Source of the DNA: an uncultured Methylomirabilota bacterium
GTDB taxonomy: Bacteria > Methylomirabilota > Methylomirabilia > Methylomirabilales > 2-02-FULL-66-22
NCBI GenBank assembly: GCA_963705305.1
Contig: OY970067.1
Location: 3,776,001-3,840,000, forward strand
DNA length: 64,000 bases
Reading direction: 5' to 3'
Shown here: piece after piece, positions 1-11,149 of the stretch
Position numbering within the stretch: the stretch's first letter is position 1
Layout: every line of letters starts with the position of its first letter
Program-made: the position numbers and the translations under genes
Notes under the pieces: model-generated
The model's database searches: none
What the model saw: only the letters and a program-made list of their open reading frames with translations
Told to the model about the DNA's origin: nothing

Positions 1-1389
1 CGGAGATTGATGGACACGCTGCCTCGGGTGATTCCCAGTTGGCGCGCAATGTCCGAGACCCGTGCCCATCCGCCGTACTCTGCGCCACACGCCAGAATCG
101 CCAGCAGATGGTGAGCAGCGCTGTGGGTCAGCTCGTTCGCTTCAAATTCTTTCCAGATCTCCATTGTGTGTATATATATGTCAAGTGTTAGATATGTCAA
201 TCATAAATTTTAATAGCAAAATATACTCCACAGAAAATTTCCATCCAAGCCTACAGATTTTGCCGTTTAGTTGGCTGGATATGAATAAAATCGCATGCAC
301 TTCAACCTGATGCAATATAGAGAACGAAAAATGAACTGACGAGACCGCGACCCAAATATCGACAACAGGTCCGCTTGGAATGTTGAGCCTTCGCCTCCCC
401 TAAGACGCCCCGTGAGATGAGTTGAGATTTAGACCTCTGCGGTTCGGTTTGGCCGACTTCCCGGCCTGTCAGGAGCGTCGTGCAACTCAAGTGAACGCCT
501 CAGTCAAGCTGTGTGAGTCCTGCCCAGATGACGCGGATTCCCTACCCGCTACACAAAGGTGTTGAAGATTCGCTTGTCAATAGGCGCGATTCCTCTGTGG
601 TTACAGCGCATTCCGTCCTTTTCGGATTGAGCTGACATCGAGGAAGATTTCTTCCCCGACAAGGCGTTCCGATTCGGTCAACCAATTCATGCCGTTACTA
701 GCGAAACGCCGACCGTTATCAACACCTTTGTGTAACGGCTAGGCGGATTCCAGGAGCGGGGAAGGGTCCTGGCTCCGCCGGGTGAGGCGAGGGCCCAAAG
801 CGCGGACTGCGTCGATCCCGGGTGCACGCCGAGGGATCGGGATCGCACGCGCATGAACCATGGGGAACGCGTGAACCTCGATGTTCACGGGCCCTCCAGT
901 GCCTTTGCGCCAAGGCCTCGAATGCCAAGACATTCACGTATTGCGCCGGTCACGCACCCATTGTTTCTTAGGTGATGCTTTGAAGATAAGTCTGTCTCAC
1001 TAGGTTGCAGGAGTGACGTGTTTGTCTCAGAAAATATAAAATTTCGAGAACATTATTTATTGCACTTGACTAACATGTGCCTTGGGAAAGTGAGATCCAG
1101 GCGCAAGTCGCAGCTCAGCGCTCTTGCCCACAACCTGCTGCGGAGCTTTCAGCTCCGAACACTCGCCATCCTGAAAAGATACTCGTGTACACGGACCTAC
1201 ACCGATACTCTCGTCGGCAAGCGGACGCGCTGCGCCCTCCTGATTCCTGGCGCGGGATCCAGAGAGGGCATGGGGAGGCGCCAGGTCCTGCGAATGACTG
1301 CGAGCACGATTATCCGAGCACTTCATGAGCGCGTTGCGCATGCGTGAGCCGCCTGAATCATTCTCAGATTGGGGGTTGCGGGAGGCCAG

Positions 1390-2325
1390 ATGGGCTACAG
1401 TTTCCTGCTGATTCACCTGGCAACGCTGGTTGCCATCTACGGAATCCTCTCCATTTCGCTGAACCTGATCATGGGGGTGACGGGCCTGTTCGACATGGGC
1501 CACGCGGCGTTCTTTGGTATCGGGGCGTATACGACTGCAATACTCATGACCCAGCTGGATGTGCCGTGGATCCCCTCGATCGCCCTGAGCTTTGTGCTGG
1601 CGGGGTTGATTGCCTGGGTGGCTGGAATCCCAACGCTCAAGCTTCGCGGGGACTATTTCGCCGTCGTAACCATGGCGGTGGGCGAGATAGCGCGCTCCGT
1701 GTTCCGCAACTGGATGGACGTCACCCGCGGGCCGCTGGGTATCCCCAACATCCCGCACGCCAGCTTCCTCGGGGTCACCTTCGCGCCCGGGATGCCCTTC
1801 CTCGGCCTGGCGTTTTTCTTTCTGGCGCTGATGCTCTTCGTCTCGCAGCGTCTCATCTTCTCCCCGTTCGGCCGGATTCTAAAGGGCATACGGGACGATG
1901 AAGGCGCCGGGGTCGAAGCGCTCGGAAAGGATTCCTATCGGCATAAGATGCGGGTGTTTGTCATCGGCTCCGGCATGGCGGGCATCGCGGGGTCTCTCTT
2001 CGCGACCTATATCGGATACATCGATCCCAGCACGTTTACGCTCTGGCTGACCAATTTCATTCTTCTCATCATCATCCTGGGGGGGAAGGGCAACGCCATC
2101 GGAGCGGTCGTTGCCACGGCCCTGTTTGTCTTTCTGCGCGAAGGCGTTCGGTTCCTCGGTCTCCCCACGTCGATTGCGGCGCCCCTCCAGCAATGGATAT
2201 TCGGTCTCCTGCTCATTCTGGCAATGCTGTTTGCGCCACGGGGCATCGTCCCGGAGCAGACGGACCGCTGGAGGCCGCTGCCGACGCCGCCGCCGGGATC
2301 CTCTCTCCAGGGGAACGGAAGATGA
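1390..2325 (+). CDS. livM: Branched-chain amino acid ABC transporter permease (LivM-like)
   Basis: Hydrophobic ORF with GHAAFFGIGAY and LRGDYFAVVTMA motifs; GGAGG before ATG 1390. Confidence 0.9.
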   Translation: MGYSFLLIHLATLVAIYGILSISLNLIMGVTGLFDMGHAAFFGIGAYTTAILMTQLDVPWIPSIALSFVLAGLIAWVAGIPTLKLRGDYFAVVTMAVGEIARSVFRNWMDVTRGPLGIPNIPHASFLGVTFAPGMPFLGLAFFFLALMLFVSQRLIFSPFGRILKGIRDDEGAGVEALGKDSYRHKMRVFVIGSGMAGIAGSLFATYIGYIDPSTFTLWLTNFILLIIILGGKGNAIGAVVATALFVFLREGVRFLGLPTSIAAPLQQWIFGLLLILAMLFAPRGIVPEQTDRWRPLPTPPPGSSLQGNGR

Positions 2326-3083
2326 GCCTCCTCCGCACCGAGGGATTAACCAAGAGATTCGAGGGGTTGTGTGCGGTTGATCATGTGTCCTTTGAGGTTC
2401 CCAGCGGGATCATTCTGGGGCTGATCGGCCCGAACGGGTCGGGGAAGACCACCCTGTTCAACTTGATCACCGGCTTCTCCGACATTACGGCCGGCCAGGT
2501 GTATCTTGCCGACCGGCCCATCGGCGGTCTGCCTGCTCACACGATTGCTGAGATGGGCGTTGTGCGGACCTTCCAGCTCGTGCGGGTGTTCCAGAGCATG
2601 ACCGTGATGGAGAACATGATGCTGGGGTACAAGGGACATGTGGGGGAGTCCCCGTGGACGGCCGTCCGCCGCGGACACGAGTACGCCCGACAGGATGCGA
2701 CGGCGGTTGCCAAAGCGTACGAGCTGCTCGATGTGGTGGGTCTCAGGCAGGCTGCCAACGAGCGCGCGGAGAACCTCCCGTACGCGGAGCAGAAGATGGT
2801 GGAGATCGCGCGGACGATGATGGGCGATCCCCAGCTCATCATGCTGGACGAGCCCGCCTCGGGAATCGCGCCGGCCCTGGTGAACGAGCTGCTGGATTAC
2901 ATCCGGCTTCTCCGACAGCGGCAGGGCAAGACGATCGTAATCATCGAGCATGACATGCGGGTGATCATGAATTTGTGCGATCGTATCGTTGCGCTGGATC
3001 ATGGGGCGAAGATCTGCGAGGGCTCCCCCCAGGAGGTTTCGAAGGACCCCGGCGTGATCGAAGCGTATTTGGGTGGAGGCTAA
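2322..3083 (+). CDS. livG: ABC transporter ATP-binding protein (LivG-like)
   Basis: Walker A GPNGSGKTT, LDEP, IEHDM; ATG overlaps the livM stop. Confidence 0.92.
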   Translation: MSLLRTEGLTKRFEGLCAVDHVSFEVPSGIILGLIGPNGSGKTTLFNLITGFSDITAGQVYLADRPIGGLPAHTIAEMGVVRTFQLVRVFQSMTVMENMMLGYKGHVGESPWTAVRRGHEYARQDATAVAKAYELLDVVGLRQAANERAENLPYAEQKMVEIARTMMGDPQLIMLDEPASGIAPALVNELLDYIRLLRQRQGKTIVIIEHDMRVIMNLCDRIVALDHGAKICEGSPQEVSKDPGVIEAYLGGG

Positions 3084-3086
3084 CCA

Positions 3087-3815
3087 ATGAGTCCGACGCA
3101 GCCGCCCACAAGCATCCTGGACGTGAACGGCTTGGTGGCGGGATACGGAGCGACCACGGTTCTGCACGGCGTGTCCTTCAAGATCGGTGCAGGACAGATC
3201 GTGACGTTGATCGGCGCGAACGGGGCGGGCAAGACCACCACGCTGCGCAGCGTGTTCGGGCTGACCAAGATTCGTAAAGGAAGCGTGGTGCTTCTCGGGA
3301 ACGAGCTGGTCGGGTGTCGGCCGTCCGTCATTGCCCAGCGCGGACTCGGCTTTGTCCCGCAGGAGCGGAGCATCTTCCCGACGTTGAGCGTGCGCGAAAA
3401 CATGGAGATGGGCGGGTACCTGCTGAGGGCGGCGGAGCTCGGCACCCGCATCGAGTATGTCACCAACTTCCTGCCCACCCTGAGAGATCGGATGAACCAG
3501 CAGGCGGGGACGCTGAGCGGCGGCGAGCGGCGCATGCTCGCCATCGGGCGCGCGCTGATCGCCAGGCCGAAATTGCTCATGCTGGACGAGCCGTCCCTCG
3601 GCTTGGCCCCGAAGGTTGTGGACTCGGTGTTTGAGCGGGTGAATGCCATTCATGAAGATGGCGTCGGCATCCTCATCGTGGAGCAGAACGCACGGCGAGC
3701 CCTGGGGATCGCGGACCATGCCTATGTGCTCGAGCTGGGCCAGATCCGGATTGAGGGGGCCGGGCGGGATCTCCTGGACGATCCGGGCGTCCAGAAGGCC
3801 TACCTCGGCGGATGA
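3087..3815 (+). CDS. livF: ABC transporter ATP-binding protein (LivF-like)
   Basis: GANGAGKTT, LSGGE, LDEPSLGLAP, VEQN. Confidence 0.93.
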   Translation: MSPTQPPTSILDVNGLVAGYGATTVLHGVSFKIGAGQIVTLIGANGAGKTTTLRSVFGLTKIRKGSVVLLGNELVGCRPSVIAQRGLGFVPQERSIFPTLSVRENMEMGGYLLRAAELGTRIEYVTNFLPTLRDRMNQQAGTLSGGERRMLAIGRALIARPKLLMLDEPSLGLAPKVVDSVFERVNAIHEDGVGILIVEQNARRALGIADHAYVLELGQIRIEGAGRDLLDDPGVQKAYLGG

Positions 3816-3894
3816 GTCGGCGGGAGAGCGACGGAGGGCGGAGCCGTACGAGGCCGCCATTGCCCACACACACACGAGAAGGAGGGAAGACACT

Positions 3895-5013
3895 ATGTAC
3901 AAGAAGCTCGGCATGCTCATGGCCGCCCTGGCGCTTGGAGGGCTGACGCTCGGCGTCCCGCCCTCCTGGGGGGCGGCCCCCGTCAAAATCGGGTTCAGCG
4001 GTCCACTGACCGGGGACGGGGCCTACTACGGGGAGGCGTCGAAAGAGGGGATCGAGCTGGCCGTGGAAGAGATCAACAAGGCCGGCGGGATCAAGGGGGC
4101 GCCGATCCAGGTCATCTACGAGGACGATCGGAACAACACGGCCGACGCCCAGACGGTCCTGCTCAAGCTGGCGCAGATCGACAAGGTCCCGATCATCATC
4201 GGCATCAACACCAGCTCCGTCACCATGGCGACCTGCAAGAAGGCCCAGGAGCTCGGGGTGGTGCAATACTCGATTGGCTCCAACCCGAAAATCGGGCAAT
4301 CGTGCAGCGACTACACCTTCCAGCTCCAGGGCAACGACCTGGAGCAGGGGCTGGAGTTCGCCAAGATCGCCCAGGCGCTCAAGCTCACCAAGGCTGTGGC
4401 GGTGTACATGAACAATGACTACGGCATCGGAAACAAGAACGCCTTCATCGATTCCGCCAAGAAGGCGGGCATCCAGGTCCTGGGAGAGGTGCCGCTCCAG
4501 CCGGAAGGGAAGGACTACCGCACCGAGGTGCTGCGGGTCAAGAGCCTCAACCCCACTGTGGTGGCCTTTGTGGCTTACGGAGCCGAGGGCTCGATTTTCT
4601 TGCGGCAAGCCAAGGAGCTTGGCCTGGAGGCTCAGTTTGTGGGCGATACAAATTGGGGCGACGAATCGATGTGGAAGCTGGCCGGCGACGGTCTGGTGGG
4701 AATGATCGCCCTCCAGGCGGGCGCCCACACCTCGCCTGCGTACCGGAAGTACGCAGCCGCGTTCCGGGCAAAATACAAGAAGGATCCCTCCATCTGGTCC
4801 GAGTATTTCTATGATGAGATCTACCTGGCCGCCAAGGCTATCGGGCTGGGTGGGGACACCGGCGCGGGCATCAAGGAGGCCACCAAAAAGGTCTGCGCGA
4901 ATTTTGTCGGGGCATCGGGTCCCAAGCAGCTGGACGCACACAACTATGTCCGCTGGAGTTTCGACTGGGTGAAATGGACGTCGGACGGGAAGCTCGTCCC
5001 CGTCAGCAAGTAG
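3895..5013 (+). CDS. ABC transporter substrate-binding protein (LivJ/K, periplasmic binding protein type 1)
   Basis: Signal peptide, KIGFSGPLTG, EEINKAGGIKG; AAGGAGG upstream of ATG 3895. Confidence 0.9.
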   Translation: MYKKLGMLMAALALGGLTLGVPPSWGAAPVKIGFSGPLTGDGAYYGEASKEGIELAVEEINKAGGIKGAPIQVIYEDDRNNTADAQTVLLKLAQIDKVPIIIGINTSSVTMATCKKAQELGVVQYSIGSNPKIGQSCSDYTFQLQGNDLEQGLEFAKIAQALKLTKAVAVYMNNDYGIGNKNAFIDSAKKAGIQVLGEVPLQPEGKDYRTEVLRVKSLNPTVVAFVAYGAEGSIFLRQAKELGLEAQFVGDTNWGDESMWKLAGDGLVGMIALQAGAHTSPAYRKYAAAFRAKYKKDPSIWSEYFYDEIYLAAKAIGLGGDTGAGIKEATKKVCANFVGASGPKQLDAHNYVRWSFDWVKWTSDGKLVPVSK

Positions 5014-5097
5014 AAAGATCTCTGGGGGGCGAGGCCGGCCGGGTCGACCTCGCCCCTTCTGCCCGGCGGGACCGCAACCCAGGGGGGACACCTGCAC

Positions 5098-6000
5098 ATG
5101 CAACTCTCGAGCGATGTGTTGCTGCAACTGCTTTTTAACGGCCTCGTCGCGGGTGCGACCTACGCCGTCGCCGCGGTTGGCTACCACATGGTCTACGGTG
5201 CGCTCAAGTTTGTGAACTTCGCGCATGGCTCCGTGGCGGTGTTCGGCGCCTACATCGCGTGGTCCTTCTCCGTAGGCTTCTTCCACTTGGGTCTGGTGCC
5301 CGCGGCTGTTCTGGCGGTCGTACTGACTGGGCTGCTGGGCATGTTCATCGAGCGGGTGGCATACCTGCCGCTTCGCAACGCGCCCAAGCTGGCCCCCATG
5401 GCGACCGCCATGGCGGTGGCGCTGATGCTGGATGCGACGATCATGATGGTCATCGGCTCCGACATCAAGCGGTTCAATACGCCGGTGGTGCGCGGTATTC
5501 AGTTCGGTCCCATCCTGGTGACGCCGGTGGAGCTGGCGATTCTCGGTATGAGCGTCTTGTTCCTGGTGGCGGTGTGGCTCCTGCTGTCTTTGACACGCTT
5601 GGGGAAAGCCATCCGGGCGGTGGCGGACAATCCGGACTTGGCCCAGGCGTGCGGAATTCACTCGGATTGGGTCATTTCCGCGACATTCGGCATCGGTTCG
5701 GCCCTCGCCGCCGGGGCGGGCGTCCTGATCGGGGTTGACGTGGCACTCCAACCCACCATGGGCTTTGTGATCATGGTGAAATCCTATGCCGCGGTGGTGC
5801 TGGGCGGGATGGGAAATGTGGTGGGGGCGATGATCGGCAGCCTCATCATCGGATTGGCCGAGAATCTGGGCGTGTGGGTTATCCCGCCGGTGTGGAAGGA
5901 CGCGATCGCCTACAGCATCCTCATCATCGGCCTGTTCATCCGGCCAACCGGCCTCTTCGGGAAAAAGGAGGAGATCTCCGCCACGGTGCTCGGCGGGTAG
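5098..6000 (+). CDS. livH: Branched-chain amino acid ABC transporter permease (LivH-like)
   Basis: NFAHG, GKAIRAVADN, VLGGMG, RPTGLFG motifs. Confidence 0.92.
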   Translation: MQLSSDVLLQLLFNGLVAGATYAVAAVGYHMVYGALKFVNFAHGSVAVFGAYIAWSFSVGFFHLGLVPAAVLAVVLTGLLGMFIERVAYLPLRNAPKLAPMATAMAVALMLDATIMMVIGSDIKRFNTPVVRGIQFGPILVTPVELAILGMSVLFLVAVWLLLSLTRLGKAIRAVADNPDLAQACGIHSDWVISATFGIGSALAAGAGVLIGVDVALQPTMGFVIMVKSYAAVVLGGMGNVVGAMIGSLIIGLAENLGVWVIPPVWKDAIAYSILIIGLFIRPTGLFGKKEEISATVLGG

Positions 6001-6519
6001 GCTGCGGAACTCGGATCGATCCGAGGCGCTCCGCCGCCGGGCAGCTGGCGCGTCGGCCTGGGATCATTCCCGCAGGTGCGCGTGTCCTGTTCCAATGGTT
6101 CGCATCGTCAATCGGCCCTCCCGGGGCCGGCCCGAGAGCCCGGCCTGTGCCCCCTGGCGGCGGGGTCCCCGGCCGGCCGGCCTCCCTCGCGCCTCAGCGC
6201 GGCAACGGGTCGACGCCGTGGCTGTCCGCGACTCGCCACCGGCAGCACCCCCCCGTCCACGGCGCGACGCGCCCGGGTACCCGCCCGCCGGGTGGGTTCG
6301 GGCCGGGCGTCTCCGGGTACCCAGCCGGGTGTCCCCAGGACAGGGTGGGTGTGGTCGCGGGGCACGGCGGGATGGCCGCGGGGGCGGTAATCATCGTGCG
6401 CGATTTTCCGGGACGGGACACGAGGAGGGAGGCCGGGGATTCTCTTCGGACCGGTGGCACGGTGAGGGGGTGATTGGCGCTCTTATCGTGCTGGCGTGAC
6501 CTTGTACGGAGGTGTATAC

Positions 6520-8019
6520 ATGAAGAAACTGGGACTCGAGCGTGCACTTGTGGACCGCGGTATCTACAGCCACGCCGTGGCGCGGTTTCGCGACGCCGGG
6601 ATCGGATTGCCGACGTTCGCGCAGCTCGCGGATCCGTCGCGAATTCCGCCTCAGACGAAGATCACGCTCGCCGGCGTGGACCCCGACGAGCCCCATCCGC
6701 TCAACCTCTTTCGGGTGCATTGGTACAACGGGGCGGATCGTCGGAGGCAGGTTGCAGTCCCCGAGCACGTCGTGCTGCCGAAGGCGCTCACCGGAGTCGA
6801 TGCGCAAATCGTCCTTGCGTTGGGTGACCGCTTCCCCATGATCCGCGCACACAAGGTGCTGGCCGCCTATGGATGCCTCGCCCCGCGGATCATTACGGGC
6901 CAGTTCGATCCGACGGTCCACCGTGCGGTCTGGCCATCCACGGGGAACTATGCCCGGGGCGGCGTCGCGATCAGTCGTATCATGGGGTGTCGCGGGATCG
7001 CCGTCCTGCCGGAGGGCATGAGCCGCGAGCGTTTCGCCTGGCTGGAACGCTGGGTCGCCGATCCGGCGGATATTATCCGGACGCCGGGGACCGAGAGCAA
7101 CGTCAAAGAGATCTATGATAAATGCCGCGAACTGGAATACGATCCAGAGAGCGTTATTTTCAATCAGTTCTGCGAATTTGGAAATTACCTGGTGCACTAC
7201 GCGTGCACCGGGCGGGCGCTGGAGCGCGTGTTCGAGGCGCTACACGCCGCCGACCAGGAGTTGCGTTTGCGAGCGTTTGTATCCGCGTCGGGTTCGGCCG
7301 GAACACTGGGTGCCGGGGATTACCTGAAGGAACAGTGTGGGTCGTTGATCGTGGCGGTGGAATCCCTCGAATGCCCGACGATGCTCTACAACGGTTTCGG
7401 CGAGCACAATATCCAGGGGATCGGCGATAAGCACATCCCGTTCATTCACAACGTTATGAACACCGATGTTGTCGCCGCGATCTCCGACAAGAGTACCGAT
7501 CAGCTCGACGTGCTCTTCAATACGCCGATTGGCCGCGACTACATGCTCCACCGGCGGCACGTGCCGCCCGCTGTTGTGAAGTTGCTGCCGGCGCTCGGTC
7601 TCTCCAGCATCTGCAATGTGCTCGCCGCGATCAAGATTGCGAAGTACTTCGGCATGGGCCCCCAGGATGTGATCATGACCGTTGCGACCGACGGTGCCGC
7701 GATGTACGACACCGAGCGGGACAAGGCCCTGCGGAAGTACTATCCGGCCGGATTCAACGAGGTGGGGGCGGGTGAAACGTTCGGCGAGCACCTGCTCGGC
7801 ACCGCCACCGACCACCTGCTCGAGACCTCGTGGATCGACCGGAACCGCATCTTCAACTTGGGTTACTTTACCTGGGTCGAGCAGCAGGGGGTGTCGATCG
7901 GCGAATTTTCGACGCGGCGAGACCAGGGCTTTTGGAAGGAGTTGCGCAAGATCATTCCGGTCTGGGACGAGATGATCGAGGAGTTCAACGCGCGCACAAA
8001 AGCGGTGGGGGCTCAATGA
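6520..8019 (+). CDS. PLP-dependent enzyme, fold type II (cysteine synthase/tryptophan synthase beta superfamily), substrate unknown
   Basis: AHKV (PLP lysine), STGNY, GSAGTLG phosphate loop, IQGIG; GGAGG RBS. Confidence 0.85.
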   Translation: MKKLGLERALVDRGIYSHAVARFRDAGIGLPTFAQLADPSRIPPQTKITLAGVDPDEPHPLNLFRVHWYNGADRRRQVAVPEHVVLPKALTGVDAQIVLALGDRFPMIRAHKVLAAYGCLAPRIITGQFDPTVHRAVWPSTGNYARGGVAISRIMGCRGIAVLPEGMSRERFAWLERWVADPADIIRTPGTESNVKEIYDKCRELEYDPESVIFNQFCEFGNYLVHYACTGRALERVFEALHAADQELRLRAFVSASGSAGTLGAGDYLKEQCGSLIVAVESLECPTMLYNGFGEHNIQGIGDKHIPFIHNVMNTDVVAAISDKSTDQLDVLFNTPIGRDYMLHRRHVPPAVVKLLPALGLSSICNVLAAIKIAKYFGMGPQDVIMTVATDGAAMYDTERDKALRKYYPAGFNEVGAGETFGEHLLGTATDHLLETSWIDRNRIFNLGYFTWVEQQGVSIGEFSTRRDQGFWKELRKIIPVWDEMIEEFNARTKAVGAQ

Positions 8020-9368
8020 GTCCACGGGCGATCGCCATCGTCTGCGCGGGATGCGGCGCGGCCGCGTCCCCCAACGATCCGTTTCCGTTCCGGTGCGCCA
8101 ACGCCGGGACGGGCGACGTGGACCACGTGATGACCGTGGAGCTTGATCCGGCCGGGGTGCGGTTTCCCGCGGAGGGGCCATCCAACCCGTTTCTCCGTTA
8201 CCGTGAGCTCTTCTCCTCGTACGACATGGCCCGTGCGCACGGTTTAAGCGATCGGGACTACGTGGAGATCGTCGAACGGCTGGATGCCGCAATCGCGCGC
8301 GTGGATGCGCGCGGCTTCGCGGTGACCCCATTCGGGCGCAGCTCGGCGCTGAGCGACCGCCTGGCGTTTGGAGCGACAGCGGGCGTGTGGGTCAAGGATG
8401 AGACCGGCAATGTCTCGGGATCGCACAAAGCCCGCCACCTGATGGGGTTGTTGATCCATCTGGAAGTCGTCGAAAGGCTTGGCCTGGCTGCGCCCCGGCA
8501 CGGGGAAGGGTCGCCTCTTGCAATCGCCAGCTGCGGCAACGCCGCCCTGGCGGCGGCGGTGGTGGCGCGCGCTGGCGGCCGCCCGTTGGAAGTCTTCATT
8601 CCGACGACGGCAGACCCCACGGTGGTCGCACGCCTCGACCAGCTGGGCGCGCGGCTTACCGTGTGCCCGCGCGAAGACGGAGTGCCCGGCGATCCCACCT
8701 ACCATCGCCTCCAGAAGGCGATCCGCGAGGGGGCGCTGCCGTTCACATGTCAGGGTCCCGACAACGGCCTCACGATCGAGGGCGGCAAAACGCTTGGCTA
8801 TGAGATCGCCTCGGATCTTGCCAGGAGCGGGATGCGCCTCGATCGCCTGTTCATCCAGGTGGGTGGCGGGGCGCTGGCCAGTGCGTGCGTCCAGGGGTTG
8901 CAGGACGCCATCAGATTGGGCGCGCCTATCTCGATGCCGCGGATCCATGCGGTCCAGACACAAGGGGGCTACCCCTTGAAACGGGCTTACGATCGGGTTG
9001 TTCAGCGGATTGGGGCGAATGCGCTCCCGGCGGTCGTAGAGGAGGCGCTGCGCTATGCGGCCACACACCGCTCACAGTTCATGTGGCCCTGGGATACCGA
9101 GCCCAAGAGCATCGCCCACGGCATTCTCGATGACGAGACTTACGATTGGTTGGCGGTGGTCAGGGCGATGTGTGTCACCGGCGGTTTTCCCATTGTGGTG
9201 TCCGAGAAGACGCTGATCGAGGCCAACGCCCTGGCGAGGACGACGACTCCTGTCAATGTTGATCACACCGGGTCTTCCGGACTGGCCGGATTGCTGCATC
9301 TGCATCAGACTGGCGGCCTTCGGGCCGACGAGACTGTGGCGGTCCTCTTCACCGGGGTCCGCCGTTGA
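8016..9368 (+). CDS. Threonine synthase-like PLP-dependent enzyme with N-terminal Cys motif
   Basis: CAGC...C at N-terminus, [40 protein letters not shown] overlap with upstream gene. Confidence 0.85.
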   Translation: MSPRAIAIVCAGCGAAASPNDPFPFRCANAGTGDVDHVMTVELDPAGVRFPAEGPSNPFLRYRELFSSYDMARAHGLSDRDYVEIVERLDAAIARVDARGFAVTPFGRSSALSDRLAFGATAGVWVKDETGNVSGSHKARHLMGLLIHLEVVERLGLAAPRHGEGSPLAIASCGNAALAAAVVARAGGRPLEVFIPTTADPTVVARLDQLGARLTVCPREDGVPGDPTYHRLQKAIREGALPFTCQGPDNGLTIEGGKTLGYEIASDLARSGMRLDRLFIQVGGGALASACVQGLQDAIRLGAPISMPRIHAVQTQGGYPLKRAYDRVVQRIGANALPAVVEEALRYAATHRSQFMWPWDTEPKSIAHGILDDETYDWLAVVRAMCVTGGFPIVVSEKTLIEANALARTTTPVNVDHTGSSGLAGLLHLHQTGGLRADETVAVLFTGVRR

Positions 9369-9396
9369 CGATCTCGCAGAGAGAAGGGGGTCAGGA

Positions 9397-10350
9397 ATGA
9401 GAAGCTTTATGGGTCGGGACATCCTGTCGCTCAAGGATTTCGAGCGCGCTGAGTACCTCCGCGTGTTCCAGGTTTGCGATGACCTCGCACCCTGGGCCCG
9501 CGACCGGCGAAATGGGGATTTGCTGAAGCACAAGACCTTGCTGACCGCATTCTACCAGCCGAGCACGCGGACACGGCTGGCCACCGAGGCCGCCATGCAC
9601 CGGCTGGGGGGGCACGTCCTCGGATTCTCGGACGCCAAGATGACCCGGGCTGGCGACTTCTACCAGGAGTCGATAAAGGACACGGTGCACATGCTGGAGT
9701 ACTACGGCGATGTTATTGCCATGCGCCATTTCCAGCAGGGCGCGCCGCATGAGGCTGCCAGATGGGCGTCCGTGCCCGTCATCAACTGCGGCGACGGTTG
9801 GGGCGAGCATCCGACACAGGTCCTGACCGATCTGTACACAACCTGGAAGGAATTGGGCACCCTTGACGGATTGCGATTCTTGCTGGTCGGCGACATGCGT
9901 ATGCGGACGATGCACTCGATTCTCTATGCGATGTCTCAGTTCGACGCGGAGGCGTTCGTCGTCTCGCCGCCCTCCATGTCCCTGCTGCCCGAGTTCAAGG
10001 CCGAATTGGACGAGCGGAGCGTTCGCTACCGCGAAGTCGCCACAGCCGAGGAAGTGGTCGGCCAGGCCGACGTGATCTATATGGAGCCGGTAGTGCAGGC
10101 CGATTACACGAAATCGCGCGACGAGCGCGCAAGCGAGCTGGGGCTTACCCCGGTTGCCTATAAGGTAACCCGGCAGATGCTGCACGAGCGGGGCAAGCGG
10201 AGCGCCATCTTGCTCCACTCACTGCCCCGGATGGATGAATTGCCGGTCGATGTGGACGCCACCCGCCACGCCCGCTACTGGATCGAGGCCTTTAACGGTG
10301 TGGTCATGCGGATGGCACTGCTGGCGCTCGTGCTGGGCGCGGTCGAATAG
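9397..10350 (+). CDS. ATCase/OTCase-family carbamoyltransferase with non-canonical substrate pocket
   Basis: STRTR, GDGWGEHPTQ, HSLPR motifs. Confidence 0.9.
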   Translation: MRSFMGRDILSLKDFERAEYLRVFQVCDDLAPWARDRRNGDLLKHKTLLTAFYQPSTRTRLATEAAMHRLGGHVLGFSDAKMTRAGDFYQESIKDTVHMLEYYGDVIAMRHFQQGAPHEAARWASVPVINCGDGWGEHPTQVLTDLYTTWKELGTLDGLRFLLVGDMRMRTMHSILYAMSQFDAEAFVVSPPSMSLLPEFKAELDERSVRYREVATAEEVVGQADVIYMEPVVQADYTKSRDERASELGLTPVAYKVTRQMLHERGKRSAILLHSLPRMDELPVDVDATRHARYWIEAFNGVVMRMALLALVLGAVE

Positions 10351-10381
10351 CGACCGCGTCGGCGCGCGCGTGATCTGATCA

Positions 10382-10538
10382 CTAGTGTAGTGCGTCGGAA
10401 ATCTCTTGACGTTTCGTCACCCCGGCGAAAGCCGGGGTCCAGACCGTGAAATGAATCAGAAGGTGGCACCCTGGATGCCGGCTTTCGCCGGCATGACGGC
10501 CTCGCAAGAGTAAAAAAGCGTTTGACGCATTACACTAG
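10382..10538. repeat. Miniature inverted-repeat element (family B) with internal REP-like palindromes
   Basis: Ends CTAGTGTAGTGCGTC / GACGCATTACACTAG; inner GTCACCCCGGCGAAAGCCGGGGTCCA...TGGATGCCGGCTTTCGCCGGCATGAC; second copy at 60243-60444. Confidence 0.75.
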
Positions 10539-10633
10539 GAAGGAGCGAACGAAGGAGGAGGTCGAAACCGTCCTTCGCTGGGCGGTCTGTTCCGGCAAGG
10601 TATCTGGCGTGTGCCGCCACGGCGTAGATTTCG

Positions 10634-11077
10634 GTGTCCTGCCGGGGATGGTTCCGGACGGGCAGGTACATCGAGCTGGGGAAGGCGGTCCGCCCATGTC
10701 CCCCGAGTCTGGTCATGCCGGGTCTCGCATTTGTTCCGGCCGCGGTTGCCCTCCTGGCCTGCATGGCGCGGGCGTCGTTACCGATTTCGCGTGAAATGGA
10801 GCACGCCCGGGCCGTCGTTGCGGCAGTTGCGGGGCTTCTGCGCACCCTATTGCACCGTATCCTCTCGACCGGCAGTGCGTCTTTGATCGTGCAGGTCATG
10901 TCCATTTTCGCGGTCGCGGTGCGGACGGAAAACCGGCGTTGGTCTTCGCAGGGCCGGACTGCCCCGCCTATCCATGGCTGGGCGGACATGGTCGCCATAG
11001 GGCACAACCCTGTTCGGGAGGCGCCCCGGATGTCCCGGCCTTCGGGGATCGCCATCGTGGGGCGGGATTGGCTCTGA
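10634..11077 (+). pseudogene. Possible degenerate DMT/EamA-type transporter remnant
   Basis: Hydrophobic fragments such as TGSASLIVQVMSIFAVAV inside an otherwise operonic region; no clean ORF. Confidence 0.25.
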
Positions 11078-11149
11078 TTCTGCTGGGAGCCGGCCTTCGG
11101 ACTCGTTGATGCGGATCGAGCGCTGAGACAGCGCAGTGAGGAGGGCGTC

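Noticed and set aside
1..1389. Short ORFs in the AT-richer leading region
   Set aside because: No recognisable motifs or RBS; more likely a regulatory region or decayed DNA.
2346..5751. Long antisense ORFs (546 aa and 692 aa, with similar ones elsewhere)
   Set aside because: Shadow frames of well-supported GC-rich genes on the opposite strand.
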